This document shows, one piece after another, positions 26,956 through 39,755 of a DNA stretch of 64,000 nucleotides. The DNA comes from Eledone cirrhosa. Taxonomy: Eukaryota. Below the pieces are notes generated by a model. That model saw only the letters and a list, made by a program, of their open reading frames with translations. It did not search any database and was not told the origin of the DNA. Made by a program: the position numbers and the translations under genes. The first letter of the stretch is position 1. Every line of letters begins with the position of its first letter. The stretch is from assembly GCA_964016885.1 (NCBI GenBank), contig OZ024742.1, positions 169,694,001 to 169,758,000 of the forward strand, given 5' to 3'.

Positions 26956-27239
26956 TATATATGTATCTATCTATCTATCTTTTGATGATCTATCATTGAG
27001 GAAATCAAATAAAAAGAGTGCTTTACAAACAGACTTACATGCAAAGGGTTAGAAATGCAGTGACCCAGCAATTGATCTGTAGTTGTAAAGCTGTAACTAA
27101 TATTGCTATTGTTCAGAAATTATGTCATAAAATGAATATAATCAATAATCTATAAAAAAAGACAACACTGTTGTAGTTGTGGACTGTTTGACAAACTGTC
27201 ACAATATTATACAATAGTTTAACTATCACAATATCATAT

Positions 27240-27433
27240 GAATGTGGGCTGAAAGGTTCATAGGCTGATTATGAAAGAGTGATGCTAGAGCTGTGAAATC
27301 TTGCATTCATCAAAGTCAAATCTTTTTAATAACTGCATTGTTTCTTTCCAGAGACTATTTTGAAAAATAAGCCTCATTTGGTAATTCCATGAAAGTATCT
27401 TGGTCAGCCTATTAACTTTTCAGCTGACCCTCA
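27240..27433. mobile_element. Small MITE-like element
   Basis: Imperfect inverted repeats gctgaaaggttcataggctga (27248-27268) and tcagcctattaacttttcagc (27404-27424). It interrupts a degenerate 'actgtttgacaaa..tcacaatattat' repeat. Confidence 0.6.
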
Positions 27434-28280
27434 GACAATAGTTTATTTTGAACTGTTTGATAAATTATCACAATATTATGTAAAATAGTTTATTTGGACT
27501 GTTTGTCCAACCCACGTGAGCATGGAAAAGTGGATGTAAAATAGTGACGATGTTGCCCTCTCTTTGATTGTTATAGTCTTGCTTTAGCTTTTCTACTTTC
27601 TAGCCTTCTTCAGGTGTCTATCTTACTCAGTAATGCTCTCATTATGTCGTCCATGTCCAGAATATCTTTGTAGATGATTATGGCTGAAGTGAAGTGACCA
27701 GTGGTGTCAGTAGTATGTATGCCCTTAAGACACAGGCTTGGGTCATGTGGATGATAGGAAGAAAGAAAAAGGAGGTGGAAAAATTAATAATGACAAAAGG
27801 GGAAAGAGATAGGGATAGGTAAACAGCTGCCCCATGTAGACAGGATGGTGAAATCATTGCTGTGGAGAACAGCCAGCAACAATCATTACATCAGCCTTTC
27901 CACCTTATGTGGCAGTTCAGGGACTGAAGACATTAGAGGTCTTGATAGCAATTGGCACGATATTTGGATATCTTCTGCTCCTCTTAAGCCAGCAATAAAA
28001 TACTTGTATCATGTTGTCTTTCTTTTGATACCAACCAGCTTGAAACAGCCCAATTTTCTATAATATAAGATCTCCCATTTTAAATTGTTTATATTTAAAT
28101 TAAAACATTCTCTCAAGATTTCAATTAAGAACCTTTTGTTAAACTATGTTTCAAGCATTAGTGTAATCTATGAGTTAAGCTGGTCCTGCTTAGGGATCCT
28201 GCTGGATCAATTAGAGACAGTTGCATCCCCCCTCACCATGACCTTCCCAGGAATAAGTGGGCAGAGAAGAAGAAAATAAT

Positions 28281-28465
28281 TCTTTCTATTTTTTGGCACA
28301 AGGTCAGCAATTATCCCAGTGTATTACTGGTACTTTATTTTATCGACCCCGTAAGGATGAAAGGCAAAGTTAACCTCGGCGGGATTTGAACTCAGACCAC
28401 AAAGGGCCGTAACTCTTTGCTGCAAAGCATGGCATCAGACCCTCTACCGATACTGCCAATCCACC
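28281..28465 (-). mobile_element. tRNA-derived SINE copy with ~10-bp TSD
   Basis: Full SINE sequence. agaaaataat occurs at 28271-28280 and 28466-28475. Confidence 0.88.
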
Positions 28466-28481
28466 AGAAAATAATAATAAT

Positions 28482-28633
28482 GGTTTCTTATATAGGCACA
28501 AGGCCAGCAATTTGGGGGGAGGGGGAAGTTGATGAAACCTCAGCAAGATTTGAACTCATAACGTAAAGGGCCACAGCTCTACACTGCAAAGCATGTTGTC
28601 TGACGCTCTACTGATACTGCCAATCTACTGCCC
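28482..28633 (-). mobile_element. Internally deleted SINE copy (head and tail present, core missing)
   Basis: Tail 'ggcacaaggccagcaatt' and head 'gatttgaactc...gatactgccaat' are present without the core. Confidence 0.75.
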
Positions 28634-28654
28634 TTAATAATAATAATAATAATG

Positions 28655-29680
28655 ATTTCTTTATTGGCCAGAAGGGCTGACATCAAGAAAAACATTACAG
28701 ACGGCACAGAACGGTACGATGTGGGTTTTGTTCGTGTAAAGATTTTTATTATTTATATAAGAAAAGAAAAAGACATAGAAACATATATATATATAAACAA
28801 TAAAAATGAAAATTGAAAAAATGAAAAATTCTCCAATAGGGGGGAAACCTCCGAGGATTACTCGTGGCGAAAACCACACAAAATACCACAACCACCCTGA
28901 CCACCAGGGCAAGCGCCCTCTCTCAATTTCTCCACTACAGACGTATATTCAGAGTGGTCCCGTTCACTCGGACCATTCTCGCTACATTCACCCACCTTCA
29001 ACAAACTTGCTAGAAGGCAGCACTTGCCTCTCCATCCTGAGTTTCATCTTCAAGTGAAACTTGAAAAAGTTAATTAAGGATTCGCCGAAGAGGAAAGTGT
29101 CTGTCTCTAACCCTTTTAACCTTGTCCACCACACAATCTCTTTCGCCATGGCCACCAGGCAGATGAAAACCGCCTGCCCTTCCTCCTCTAAGGAAGACGG
29201 CGAGACCATCTGCACAATGAACTCAGTCAATAACCGGATCAGTCCTACACGCGACAGCAACTGTTCAACATAGCTCCACAAATCAGCAATGCTCGGGCAC
29301 TGAACGAATGCGTGCACGACGGTTTCGTCACTCTGCGCGCATCTCGGACAGACTCGGCTGACGGCACTTCTGTGCCTGTAGAGCTTATCTCAAACCGGCA
29401 ACGCTCCCCGGTAGCACTGCCAGGCCAGGGATTTTTGGAAGTTATCCATAGGCCCTGGGCTGAAAGTTCTCCGGAAGAGAGCAAACAGCTGATCTTCTTC
29501 GACGCCCAGGATCTCTCTGAGAACGTTGTCACTCTTCCCCTCCACTAGTCCTCTATAGAACGCCAAGGTGGATGTTCCACAAATACTGCCAGCTGGCAGA
29601 GGGCAGTGAGCGCCTGGAGACATTCCAGTTTCCAAGCGCTATCCTTCGGTCTTTTCCTGACCCAGGACTGCAGCTCCATC
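28655..29680 (-). mobile_element. 5'-truncated Tx1/L1-type LINE (ORF2 C-terminus and 3'UTR)
   Basis: LAWQCYRGALPV, zinc-finger end HAFVQC and AKEIVWWTR. Colinear with 29901-30895. Confidence 0.85.
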
Positions 29681-29695
29681 AATAATAATAATAAT

Positions 29696-29880
29696 CGTTT
29701 CTACATTTGGCACAAGGCCAGCAATTACCCTGTGCATTACTGGTACTTTATTTTATCGACCCCGTAAGGATGAAAGGCAAAGTTGACCTCGGCAGGAATG
29801 GAACTCAGACTGTAAAAAGCCATAACTCTATGCTGCAAAGCATGGCGTCCGACCTTCTACCAATACTACCAATTCACCGC
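29696..29880 (-). mobile_element. tRNA-derived SINE copy between the two Tx1 LINEs
   Basis: Full SINE sequence flanked by (AAT)n on both sides. Confidence 0.88.
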
Positions 29881-29900
29881 AATTATAATAATAATAATAA

Positions 29901-32900
29901 TGGTTTCTTTATTGGCCACAAGGGCTAACATGAAGAAAAACATTACAGACGGCAGAGGACGATATAAAATGGGTTTGGGCCATGTAAAAAAGTTTATAAC
30001 AAGAAGATAGAAATATCAAAAAAATTCAAACAACAAAAATTCCCCAATAGGGGGGAAACTTCCGAGGGTCACTCGTGGCGAAAACCACACAAAAGACCAC
30101 GGCCACTCTCTCAGTTTTCTACTCCTCAGTCTATAGGCGCATACTCAGAACAGGCCCGTTCACTCGGACCAGACTCACCACTTTCACCCACCTTTCATCC
30201 ACCTTTCAACAAATTTACTAGAAGACAGCACTTGCCTCTCCACCCTGATTTTCCTCTTCAAGTGAAACTTGAAAAAGTTAATCAGGGATTGGCTGGAGAG
30301 GAAAGTGTCCGTCTTCAACCCTTTCAACCGTGTCCACCACACAATCTCTTTTGCCATTGCCACCAGGCAGATGAAAACTGCCTGCACTTCCTCCTCTTAA
30401 AGGAGAATGGTGGGGCTATCTGCACAATGGACTCAGTCGATAACTGGATCCGTCCTACACACGACAGCAGCTGTTCGACATAGCTCCACAAATCAGCAAT
30501 TCTTGGGCACTGAACAAGTGTGTGCATGATGGTTTCATTGCCCTGTGCGCATCTTGGACAGGCTTGGCTGACAGCACCTCTGTGCCTGTAGAGCTTATCC
30601 CGAACTGGCAGTGCTCCCCAGTAGCACTGCCAGGCCAGGGATTTCTGGAAGTTGTCCATAGGTCCCGGGCTGAAAGTTCTCTCGAAGAGAGCAAACAGCT
30701 GATCGTCTTCAACGCCCAGGGTCTCCCCGAGAACGTCGTCGTTCTTCCCCTCCACTAGCCCTCTCTAGAACGCCAAGGTGGATGTTCCACCAATATGAGT
30801 GCCCAGCTGGTAGAGGGTGGTGAGCGCTTGGAGACATTCCAGCTTCCAAGCACTATCCCTCGGTCTTTTCCTGATCCAGGACTGCAGCTCCATCAAGAAG
30901 ACAAGCTGGGGAAAAGCGTGTCTGGCAAATGGCGACCACACCTGTTCACCGTCAAGGAAGCACCAGAGATGTCGCAGCCTCAGCGCATCATCAGCCACGG
31001 CATGCCCAGTCTTCCACGCAACAGGTGCTGACAGTAGATGGATCTTCTGACCTTGGGAGAACGTCCCTTCCACAAAAAGTGGAAGAGAAGAGAAGGCGCT
31101 CCATTTTGGTCAGAGTTGGGCGGGGGCAATGTATGATGGTCAGGCAGTAGCAGATGATGGACGCGATGTATGCATTCACTACCTCTGCCCGACCTTTCAG
31201 AGACATCCTAATCTCGGCCCATTTCTAGGTGAGAGAGGCTACCCTGCTCGTCACCTCACTCCAGTTTTTTTCCATCTGAAGGTCCGGACCAAACCAGACC
31301 CCAAGCAATTTAACCGGTCCTTCCATCCAGTGCTCTACAATGATGTCGGATGGCATGGACTTGCCTCTCCAGGTGCTGAGTTGCAAGCCCACTGACTTTT
31401 CCTGGTTTATCTTTGCTCCTGTCACCACTTCAAATTGAGAGTGGTGCTGAGCATCTGGACGTGTTTGGTGCTCGACACCACCATGGTGTCGTCATCGGTG
31501 TAAGCCGACACAGATCTCCCGCATCTCAGTTCATGTGGGACTCCCCTCATCGTCTCCAATTTGTGCAGTAACGGCTTGAGGGCTAGTATGTACAAGAGGG
31601 ACGAGAGGGGACAACCCTGGTGGACCGAGCGCATGAGGCTGAATGGCTGCGACAGGTGACCATTCACCCTCACAATCGAGCAGATGTCGCTATATCACAG
31701 CAATCCAGCCCCTAAAAACGGGCCCGAAGTTGGCCACCTCGAGGACCACAGCCAGGTACTGATGGTCGATCCTATCAAATGCTTTACATTGATCCAAGTT
31801 GATCAGGGCTCCACCCATGCGAGGTTCCTTAACTACCCTCTCTATGATGTATCGCATGAGATGGAGGTTGTCATGGATGGATCTGCCTCTCCCACCAGAT
31901 CACCGACGACAAGCACCAATCTCTTTGCTAACACCTTGGCCAAAATCTTGAACTCTGCGTTTAGCAGAGATATGGGCCTGAAGTTATCTATAATGTCCCG
32001 CTTTTTCGGGTCTTTTCTCAGCAGCACCACCGCTCCCCAGCTCACAAAACTGGGAATGTTTCCGATCTGCTGCCAGTTGCAATAGACATCTGCCAAGAGG
32101 TCGCCGAACAAGTCTGTCATGTATGCATCAGACTATCCAAACCTGGTGATTTAGCCCTCATGCAGTCAGACATTGCTTCCCATATTTCACCTGCTGTTAT
32201 TTGCTTTTTGCAGCTCTGTGCTCCGGTCGTTGAGAGCTGCGGCAGTCCGTTGAGGTATGCACCGGAGTCCATACTCTGATCTGGCCTGCCACCACTCCCG
32301 AACAATTGAGCAAAGTGCTGTTGAAAATCCGCACACATCTGCTTGGGTTCGAGCAACGTGCGCCCTTTTTGATCAGGCAAAGACCGAATTGTGGATTTGT
32401 TGCTCCGTCGCACCTCCACCACCCGGGCCCATTGAACGGCTTTCGTCCTCTCATGTCTCAGAGCGCGCGCTCTAGCTCTGACAATGCAACCTTCATGCTT
32501 TGCATTGAAGAATTGGTTGAGTGCCAATCTCGCCTCAAGCACGTTGGTTCTGATGCCTGTCCTCTTGTAGCTTTCTAACTAGCTCTCCCTCTACTCTATT
32601 TTCCTCTATCACTACTCCTTTGCTAAACCTTATCAATTCTACTCTAAAAGCCCTTTTCAGGGTAAACCACCACCTGTTGTTGATGATCGAACCCGTCAAT
32701 GCACGCTTAACTAATTTGCTAATCCGGTCTCTATAAGCTTTGCACGCCGGGAACGACGCGTTCAGCTTCCAGTAACCAGGCCCTTGCCTATGGACTCTAT
32801 CTAAGTCAACTTCACAGATCACAAATATGTGGTCTGTGTAGTTGACTACTTTCAATTGTGGACAACCTACACTAGGCTTATCTGTTTCCCTACAGAATAC

Positions 32901-34875
32901 TCTATCTAAATACAATCTGGATGACCCGATGCTGTTTTCCCATGTCCACAGTGGCACATTCGTATAATCCAGTCTATACCTGTCAGACAGTTCAAAACGT
33001 CAGAGCAGGTTGTTGAGGCTTTTACACCCTCCTCCCCTGTCTACTAGCCCCACATAATCCCAGCGTGCATCTAAGATACCGTTCCAGTCGCCCACTAACA
33101 CTAAAGAGCGGGACATTCTAAGAAAGGTCTCTAGACGTCTGAAGAAATCTTGACGGGTTGTTGCTGTTTTCTTGTTGTTGCTGTTGGGTGTGTGTGCTTT
33201 GTTGTGTTTGCGATGTTGCTGTTTGTGGTGATGCTGCTGGTGGTGTGGTTGTTGGTGGTGTTGCTGCAAGTCACCTTGCAGCCTTTACCCTTCTTTGTCC
33301 TCGCTTTTGGAGGGCGAAGCTAAGGGGTTCTTTCTTTTTTGTTTTTTGTGGCAGACCTTTTGTCACTTCACTTCCGCCTCATACTCCATGTCGGATTCTG
33401 TGGCATCTGAGAGGTGTATGTGCTCCACGGCTGTTGGTGGTGGTAGTATAGCTCTTTTCAGTGATTTTGTTGCTGGTGCAGCTACTGCAAATGTAGCTAC
33501 TGGTGTTGCCGCCACTGCTGCCGCTGTTTTAGCTGTCCATGGCCTTGGATATTATGGATATTGCCCTCCTATTCACTGTGGAAGGGTCTTCTGCCTCTTT
33601 GCCTGCCCTCTTGGTAGCAGCAGATTGGGCGTCGGGCTGTCTTCTGCAGGCAAAAGGCCCTGAGGTGACCCTTTTGCCAACAGAAATAGCACTTTGGGTG
33701 CCTTCCTTCCATGCTTATAGGGAGTTGGAGTCCTTCATTTAGGTCTATGATATCTGGGATGGCCTTGATACACTCCTGGTCAGTTTGTATTAGCATTTGC
33801 ATGCCTATACCTGACCAGTTCTCTCTTCCCATTCTCATTCCTTGCAGCATGGTGGTCCTGTCCTTGATTCCAGCAAGGACAGATGCGGTCAGCCAAGGCA
33901 TGGGCACGTCGGGTGGGACCTGGGTCACTTTGACCCTCACAATTTTCTGCCTGCAGTAGGAGGGCACCAAGATTATCTCCTCACTCTTTAGGGTTTCCAA
34001 AGAGTAAGACTTCGCCTCTTGGTGGGTGGCGAAAAGTACTTCTACTGTAGCATACTTATTACCTCAGGTGATGTGGGTTTTGCGCGTCCAGACGCACCCC
34101 AAGGCCTTTTGGATTTGAGCCTTCATAGCTCTCTCCACCCGATGTGACATTTTGCTTACAGTGCGGTAAGTCACCGTCCGTAGCTGCTGGTCCTTTAAAA
34201 AAATTGGGTGGAGGTTTCAGGGAGACTCTATTGTCATTTCTTGTCACCATGGCTCTTGCAACTGCCATCTCCTCCTCCCTGACTAGCACTGTTTCTATAT
34301 TTTGGGCCACACCTGCGAAAGAAGTGGCTCCTTTTTCAGCAGCACCATTATTGCTGCCGCTACTGCTGCTACTGGTCTTGTTGGTACTGTTGCTACTGCT
34401 ACAAATAGTGTTGTTGGTGTTGTTGCTGTTATCACTGTTGTAGTTGGTTGTGTTTTTGGTGCCACTGTTGTTATTGTTCTCGGTGCAATTTGTATTGTTG
34501 CTGTTGGTGAGGTCATTATTTATTTTCTTGTTAGTGGTGTTAATATCGTTGCATTTGTTGTCATTTTTTTCTGTTGTCTGTATTTTGGTTGTCGCTGTTA
34601 TTGTTGTGGTCATTTTTAAAAATTAGTGTTCTCCGTGTTGTTGTCGTTGCTGTCTTTGTTCACGTTGTTTGTGGTGGTGTTTGTTGTATCAATTTCTGTG
34701 TTCACCGTAACCCTCCTCTCAACTTTTACTCTGTTGTCACACGACTCATGGCTCAGCCATGTCTTTTTGATAATTTAAAAAAGTAAAATGTTCAAATATT
34801 TGGGCCAAAAGGCCCAAATATTATACTTTCCCCTTCACAGGGCAAAGTCCAAGGGCTTACATCCCTCACACGACA
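29901..34875 (-). mobile_element. Near full-length decayed Tx1/L1-type LINE (ORF1 with CCHC knuckle; ORF2 APE-RT-zinc finger)
   Basis: ORF1: CYFCWQKGHLRAFC plus a T/N-rich N-terminus. APE: LVLVGDWN, YLDRVF, TDH, GYWKLN. RT: NFRPISLLNAEFKILAKVLAKRL, SVHQGCPLS, AYTDD. C-terminus: CPRC..ETIMHTLVQC. Many stops and frameshifts, with the APE N-terminus missing near 33150. The 5' limit is approximate. Confidence 0.9.
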
Positions 34876-35569
34876 AGAAAAATTTACAATAAATGATTTA
34901 TGACAGGTAAATAAAGAGACTTACGGGAGCGAGCAAAAAGATGTCCGATCAGGCCAATAATAATAAGAAGAAGAAGAAGAAAACGAAATATTAGTTTATT
35001 AATGGGAAAATTACTTAATTTACTAAACTCTTCTAAATATTTGAGTTTATTGAAAATTAATTGAAATATATAACCAATATATTTAATTAGAAATATGACC
35101 ATAAAAGGGTTAATTAAATTCTGTTTACTGAGTTAATAATTTAATTAGTTTTGTGACATGTGTACAATTTGATACGTTTTTGTCAATATTTCTGAGACAG
35201 ATTTTCAAATGTTAGTAAATTTCTTTGTCTTTATTTATTTCTTCTTCTCCTCCTCCTCTTCCCCTCCTTTGTTTCTCTTCCACTTCCACCCCCCTTTAAT
35301 TCTCACCCATACCTTCTTCCTCCTTTGTCTTCTATTTTCTCCTACACATCTTCACTTTTCTCCTTTCCTCTCCTACATAAATACAGGCAACCTCAATGTG
35401 ATCAATTTGACTGTTAGAAATAGCAGCCAAATCACTCACAACCAACACTCTACAGAAGGGACACTTTGAATAATGTCATCTTAAATACCATTAAAAAGTT
35501 GGGATGGTTGTTACAGCTGGAGCACCTTTGGCCTCACTTCTGATCAATCAGGGCCAACCTAGATGGTAA

Positions 35570-35722
35570 TTATCACCACCACAACTACTACCATCATCAT
35601 CATCACAACAACAACAATTACTATCACCCCCTCTTCCCATCTCATCAAGATCACCATTACTACCACAACAACAACAATCGCTACCACCCCTCCACCACCA
35701 CCACCACCACCACCACCACCCC
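35570..35722. repeat. (ACC)n/(ACA)n/(ATC)n microsatellite
   Basis: Read directly from the sequence. Confidence 0.85.
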
Positions 35723-35903
35723 AACACCTCACATTAGATCACATTGATTGATATGGTATGCCAAGCAAAAGTTAAATGGAGATATTTATCAAATTCACTG
35801 TAAAATTGTTGACAATTTCAACCCAAACTTACTGACATCTAATCCAGTCCCTTCACTTTATCCCATTACTTGTCATTATCATTATTATTATCAAGAGCAG
35901 TGA

Positions 35904-36120
35904 GGGCAGTGGATTGGCAGTATTGGTAGAGTGTCGGACACCCTGCTTCATGGCAGAGAGTGACAGCCCTTTAAATTCTGAGTTTAAATCCCACCAAGGT
36001 TAGCTTTATCTTTCACCCTTACAGAGTCAATAAAACAAAGTACCAATAATTCACTGAGGTTGATTTAATCAACTTTCCTCTCCCCCAAAATTGTTGGTCT
36101 TGTACCTAAGTCAGAAAACA
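35904..36120 (+). mobile_element. Older tRNA-derived SINE copy, forward orientation
   Basis: tggcagtattggtagag...gagtttaaatccc...ctttcacccttacagagtcaataaaacaaagtacca...tcttgtacctaagtcagaaaac, flanked by attatta tracts. Confidence 0.8.
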
Positions 36121-36279
36121 TTATTATATCTTGCCCCTCTCTCCTCCTCTGTGGTACTCATCACTTACTCTCCCCTTCTAAGGTACATTCCTAGCGCTAT
36201 CTTGTCATGTTGTTCATGCTGCTTCCCTATTCCACCACTCTCATTTCCCTCTTACTAATCACTCTGTTCTCCCTATGAT

Positions 36280-36625
36280 AAAATACACCTAGTACATTCT
36301 GTAAAGGGATTCATGGTTGAATACAGAAAATGTAGGATAGAGTGGACTCTTCAGTCTTGCTGAGGACAAGACAATCTCTCTAGTGCTGGTGCCACAATAA
36401 AATACACCCAGTACACTCTGCAGAATAGCTGGCTATAGAACAGAGACATCATGGGATGGAGAGGACTCATTAGTCTTGCCGAGGACATAACAACCTCTCT
36501 AGTGCTGGTGGCATGATTAAATACACCCAATACACTCTGTTGAGTAGTAGTGCTGGTGCTACAATAAAATAGATTCTGTAAAATAGTTGGTATTAGGAAG
36601 GACATCCAGCCTTAAAAATCATGCC
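36280..36625 (+). repeat. Decayed repeat built from RTE-3'UTR-like ~50-bp units
   Basis: Repeated 'ggtgccacaataaaatacacccagtacactctg' units followed by 'ggtattaggaaggacatccagcc'. Confidence 0.65.
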
Positions 36626-37312
36626 AAAATCTGGAATGTATGAACTAGTCAACCTGTGTTTATAGTGGAAGGCATCAAGATGGCATGCAGTAAGACTTAA
36701 CCTAAAACCATGTTGTAAAGTGAACTTAACCCCACAGCCATACTAGCACATAACATTTCAATGTTTTGGGAAGACATCATTGATTAGAAAACAAAAAAAT
36801 GCTTTTGGTTGTTATTTTTCTGGCTTTAATCCATTCATTACTATATCTCTATTGAAATACACTGCTTATGAGTTTCAATTAATCTTGAAAATAACCTAAC
36901 AATGGAGAATTTCTTTATAAAATAGCTAATTTTTTCATTAGTAAGCTGATATTTAGAACATTAGTTAGGAAAGTTTTCTAAAATAAACAAATCTTACAAT
37001 TTTACAAGGCATTCAGATGATTTGAAATTCGAAATTCGAAATCCAAATTCAGATTTGCTGTAATGATAATAGCATTAGAAAATCAGGTAATAATATCATT
37101 GGGGGACAGAAACTAAGTGGCTAGCAGCCACTACAGAGAATCAAACTGTATATTGTGAATCCTGCAGTCAGCTGCCATTTTGTGTAAAGGTTAATGCACT
37201 TGGCCAGAATTCAAGAGATACAGAGTTCAATTCTCAGTACTGGCTGCTGGTCTATAATGGAAACTTTTTCATTTTAAAATGAACAGATTTGTATCATAAA
37301 TTGAACAATCAC

Positions 37313-37790
37313 TGCAGATCCACTGTAAACTCTTTTGGCCTTCACCCGCTCTCCTGCCGCTACAGTACCAGCCGCTTTCCATGCCATGCTGCTCTCAATG
37401 AGATCATAAAGGATAGATTGGCTGCTGCAGGCTTCCCCTCCCAGCTCGAGTCAGTGTGGCTGGACCGAGGGGACAGCAAAAGGCCAGATGGAATGATCAT
37501 CTCCTTCTGCGGTGGTAAACCCCTCATCTGGGATGCCACATACAGTAGCGCTGCAACTGATCCAGGCTCTGCTGCACTTTGGGTTGAGGAGGGTAAACTC
37601 TTGAAATATCGGTTGCTCTCCGACAGGTTTGTAGTCGAGCTCATAGCAGTGGAGACTTCTGGTGTCCTTGGCCCTAGGACCACCACCCTACTCACCACCA
37701 TCGGCGAGCTGGAATGGCTCTTCCAACGCATCCTCCTCACCATCCTCCAGGGAAACACCTTCTCTATTCTGTCTGCTCGGACCGCAGGAC
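37313..37790 (+). mobile_element. CRE-type non-LTR retrotransposon RLE endonuclease fragment
   Basis: GLHPLSC, HAALNEII, KRPDG, GKPLIWDAT, K..KY, AVETSGVLG and QRI..TILQGN match the order of CRE-clade C-terminal motifs. Confidence 0.78.
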
Positions 37791-38587
37791 AGCTAGTGCA
37801 GGGGCTCCCATTTGCTTATAATAGTGAGAGATGGGGAGAGGGAGAGAGACAGAGGCAGTGAGTGAAAGAGAGAGAGAACATCAAGGCACACATGCACTTG
37901 ATAAGACACTTATAGAAAATGAATGGTAACGGAAGTACAATGAATATACACACATATTGGCTAGGATTAACACTAGTAGTCTCTTGTCACTATCAAATAA
38001 AGGAGTCCTGAAGTAAAAATCAACAAGAATAATATATTTATAAAACAGAATGTCTCAATCTTATGATTCAGTCTGACATGATCTTAACATTGAAACATTT
38101 TGCTTTTGTGTGTTTCGCTTTATATGAGTTCATCAAACATACAAGGTATTCAATTCAACTCATAAAAATTATAGCAGAAAATGGGAAAGAATCAAAGGCA
38201 GTTCCAAGTGGTTTGGCATTAAAGAGTTAAGAAGTTTGATTTTATGATTGTGGCAATGTTTTCTTTTGCACAATTTCTAAATGAGAGCATGTATTATTCA
38301 ATTATAATGGGTCATACAGACTGTAGAAGCTATATTTATATGTGTTCATTGAAATAAAAGAAATTATTAGTATTACAGATTATTTGTATTTCAACAAATA
38401 ACTCTATGCAGTTAATCGGACAAATAATAGGTATATGGTTGAAATGAAATTTAATATTTGAGGACATTAAAAAATTGAAATTAAATCAAATATGTGATTA
38501 AAAGATTGTATTAACTGCTGGTTTTATGATACAAAACTATTTGTTTTCAGGTGGATATATTTATCTAAAAATCTATCATAATTTTAT

Positions 38588-38825
38588 ATCATCATCATCA
38601 TCGATTAATGTCTATCTTCCATGCTAGCATGGGTTAGATGGATTTGTCCCATTTAAAGGCAAGTTGGGTTGGGTGACCAGGTCTTGCTCACATAGGAGTG
38701 TTTCTGGCTGGTTTTCTACAGCTGGATGCCCTTCCTAACGCCAACCACATTTACAGTGTATGCTGGGTGCTTTTTGCCATGTCTTTTACATGTCCACTTT
38801 ACAATGTGGGCTGGATGTTTTGTGG
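38588..38825 (-). repeat. RTE-3'-tail-related short element
   Basis: Reverse complement of 'ggttggcgttaggaagggcatccagctgtagaaa...aacccatgctagcatggaa..(gat)n'. Confidence 0.75.
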
Positions 38826-39755
38826 TACCAGCATAATATACATATATATATACATGCATATATCATGATAATGATATACACATATATATATTTGTGTGCA
38901 TGTACATATACCATATATATGTAACAAATTTCTCACTAGAGGTAGCAATTGGAGAATGGTTGACACTTTGGAAATTGACATCATTTATCTGACCAATAAC
39001 AGTTGGTCATTACTTATTATTATGGTCCTTAAAAATCTCCAGATGACAGGTAACCATAGGTGACTACCAGATGTTTAACACCTGTACTAACTAAGCCTAT
39101 ATCATATTTACAAGACATCTCAGGCCTAGTGGGTAGGGTTGGGTTGTGTGTTGTGTTTTTGAGCAAAACACTTCATTTTACAATGCTCCATTATACTCAG
39201 CTTGTCCTCTCTGTTTAAAAAGCCATTATCAAGGGAGTATCCCTGTGAAGGTCTTAAAGGACCGGTCGGAGATGAGTTGTTGTTAAGATAGCAGATTTTG
39301 AGTGTGCGCATTGTGAAATATGTGTAAGAAAAAGTGTTTGATATATGCATGTGTGTGTGTGAATGGAAATGTGCTTAGTGGTAGACGTATGAAAGTATGT
39401 GTATGATGTATGTATATGTGTGCATGAGTGTAAGGTTCTGTAGTGAAAGGCGTGTGTGAATATGTATATGATATAAGGGAAAAAAATATGTGCGTGATAC
39501 ATATATGTATGTGTCGATGACGTAGATTTAATTTGAGTGATGTATGTGTGAGCATGAGTGTAATTTTATGTAGTGAAAGGTGTGTGCAAATATGTTTATG
39601 ATAAAAAGGGTAAAATATGTGTGATATATGTATGTGTGTAAGTCTAAGTGTGTATGTTTAGTGAGGATGTAGGTTCAATTTGAAAGAAAGAATGAAATGT
39701 TCCTTAGAATGGGCAACTGGGATGTATGAATGATGGCATATTTGTGTTGAATAAG

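Noticed and set aside
20957-36120. tRNA genes at the A/B-box motifs
   Set aside because: They are SINE heads followed by a shared core and tail, with TSDs. No complete cloverleaf was seen.
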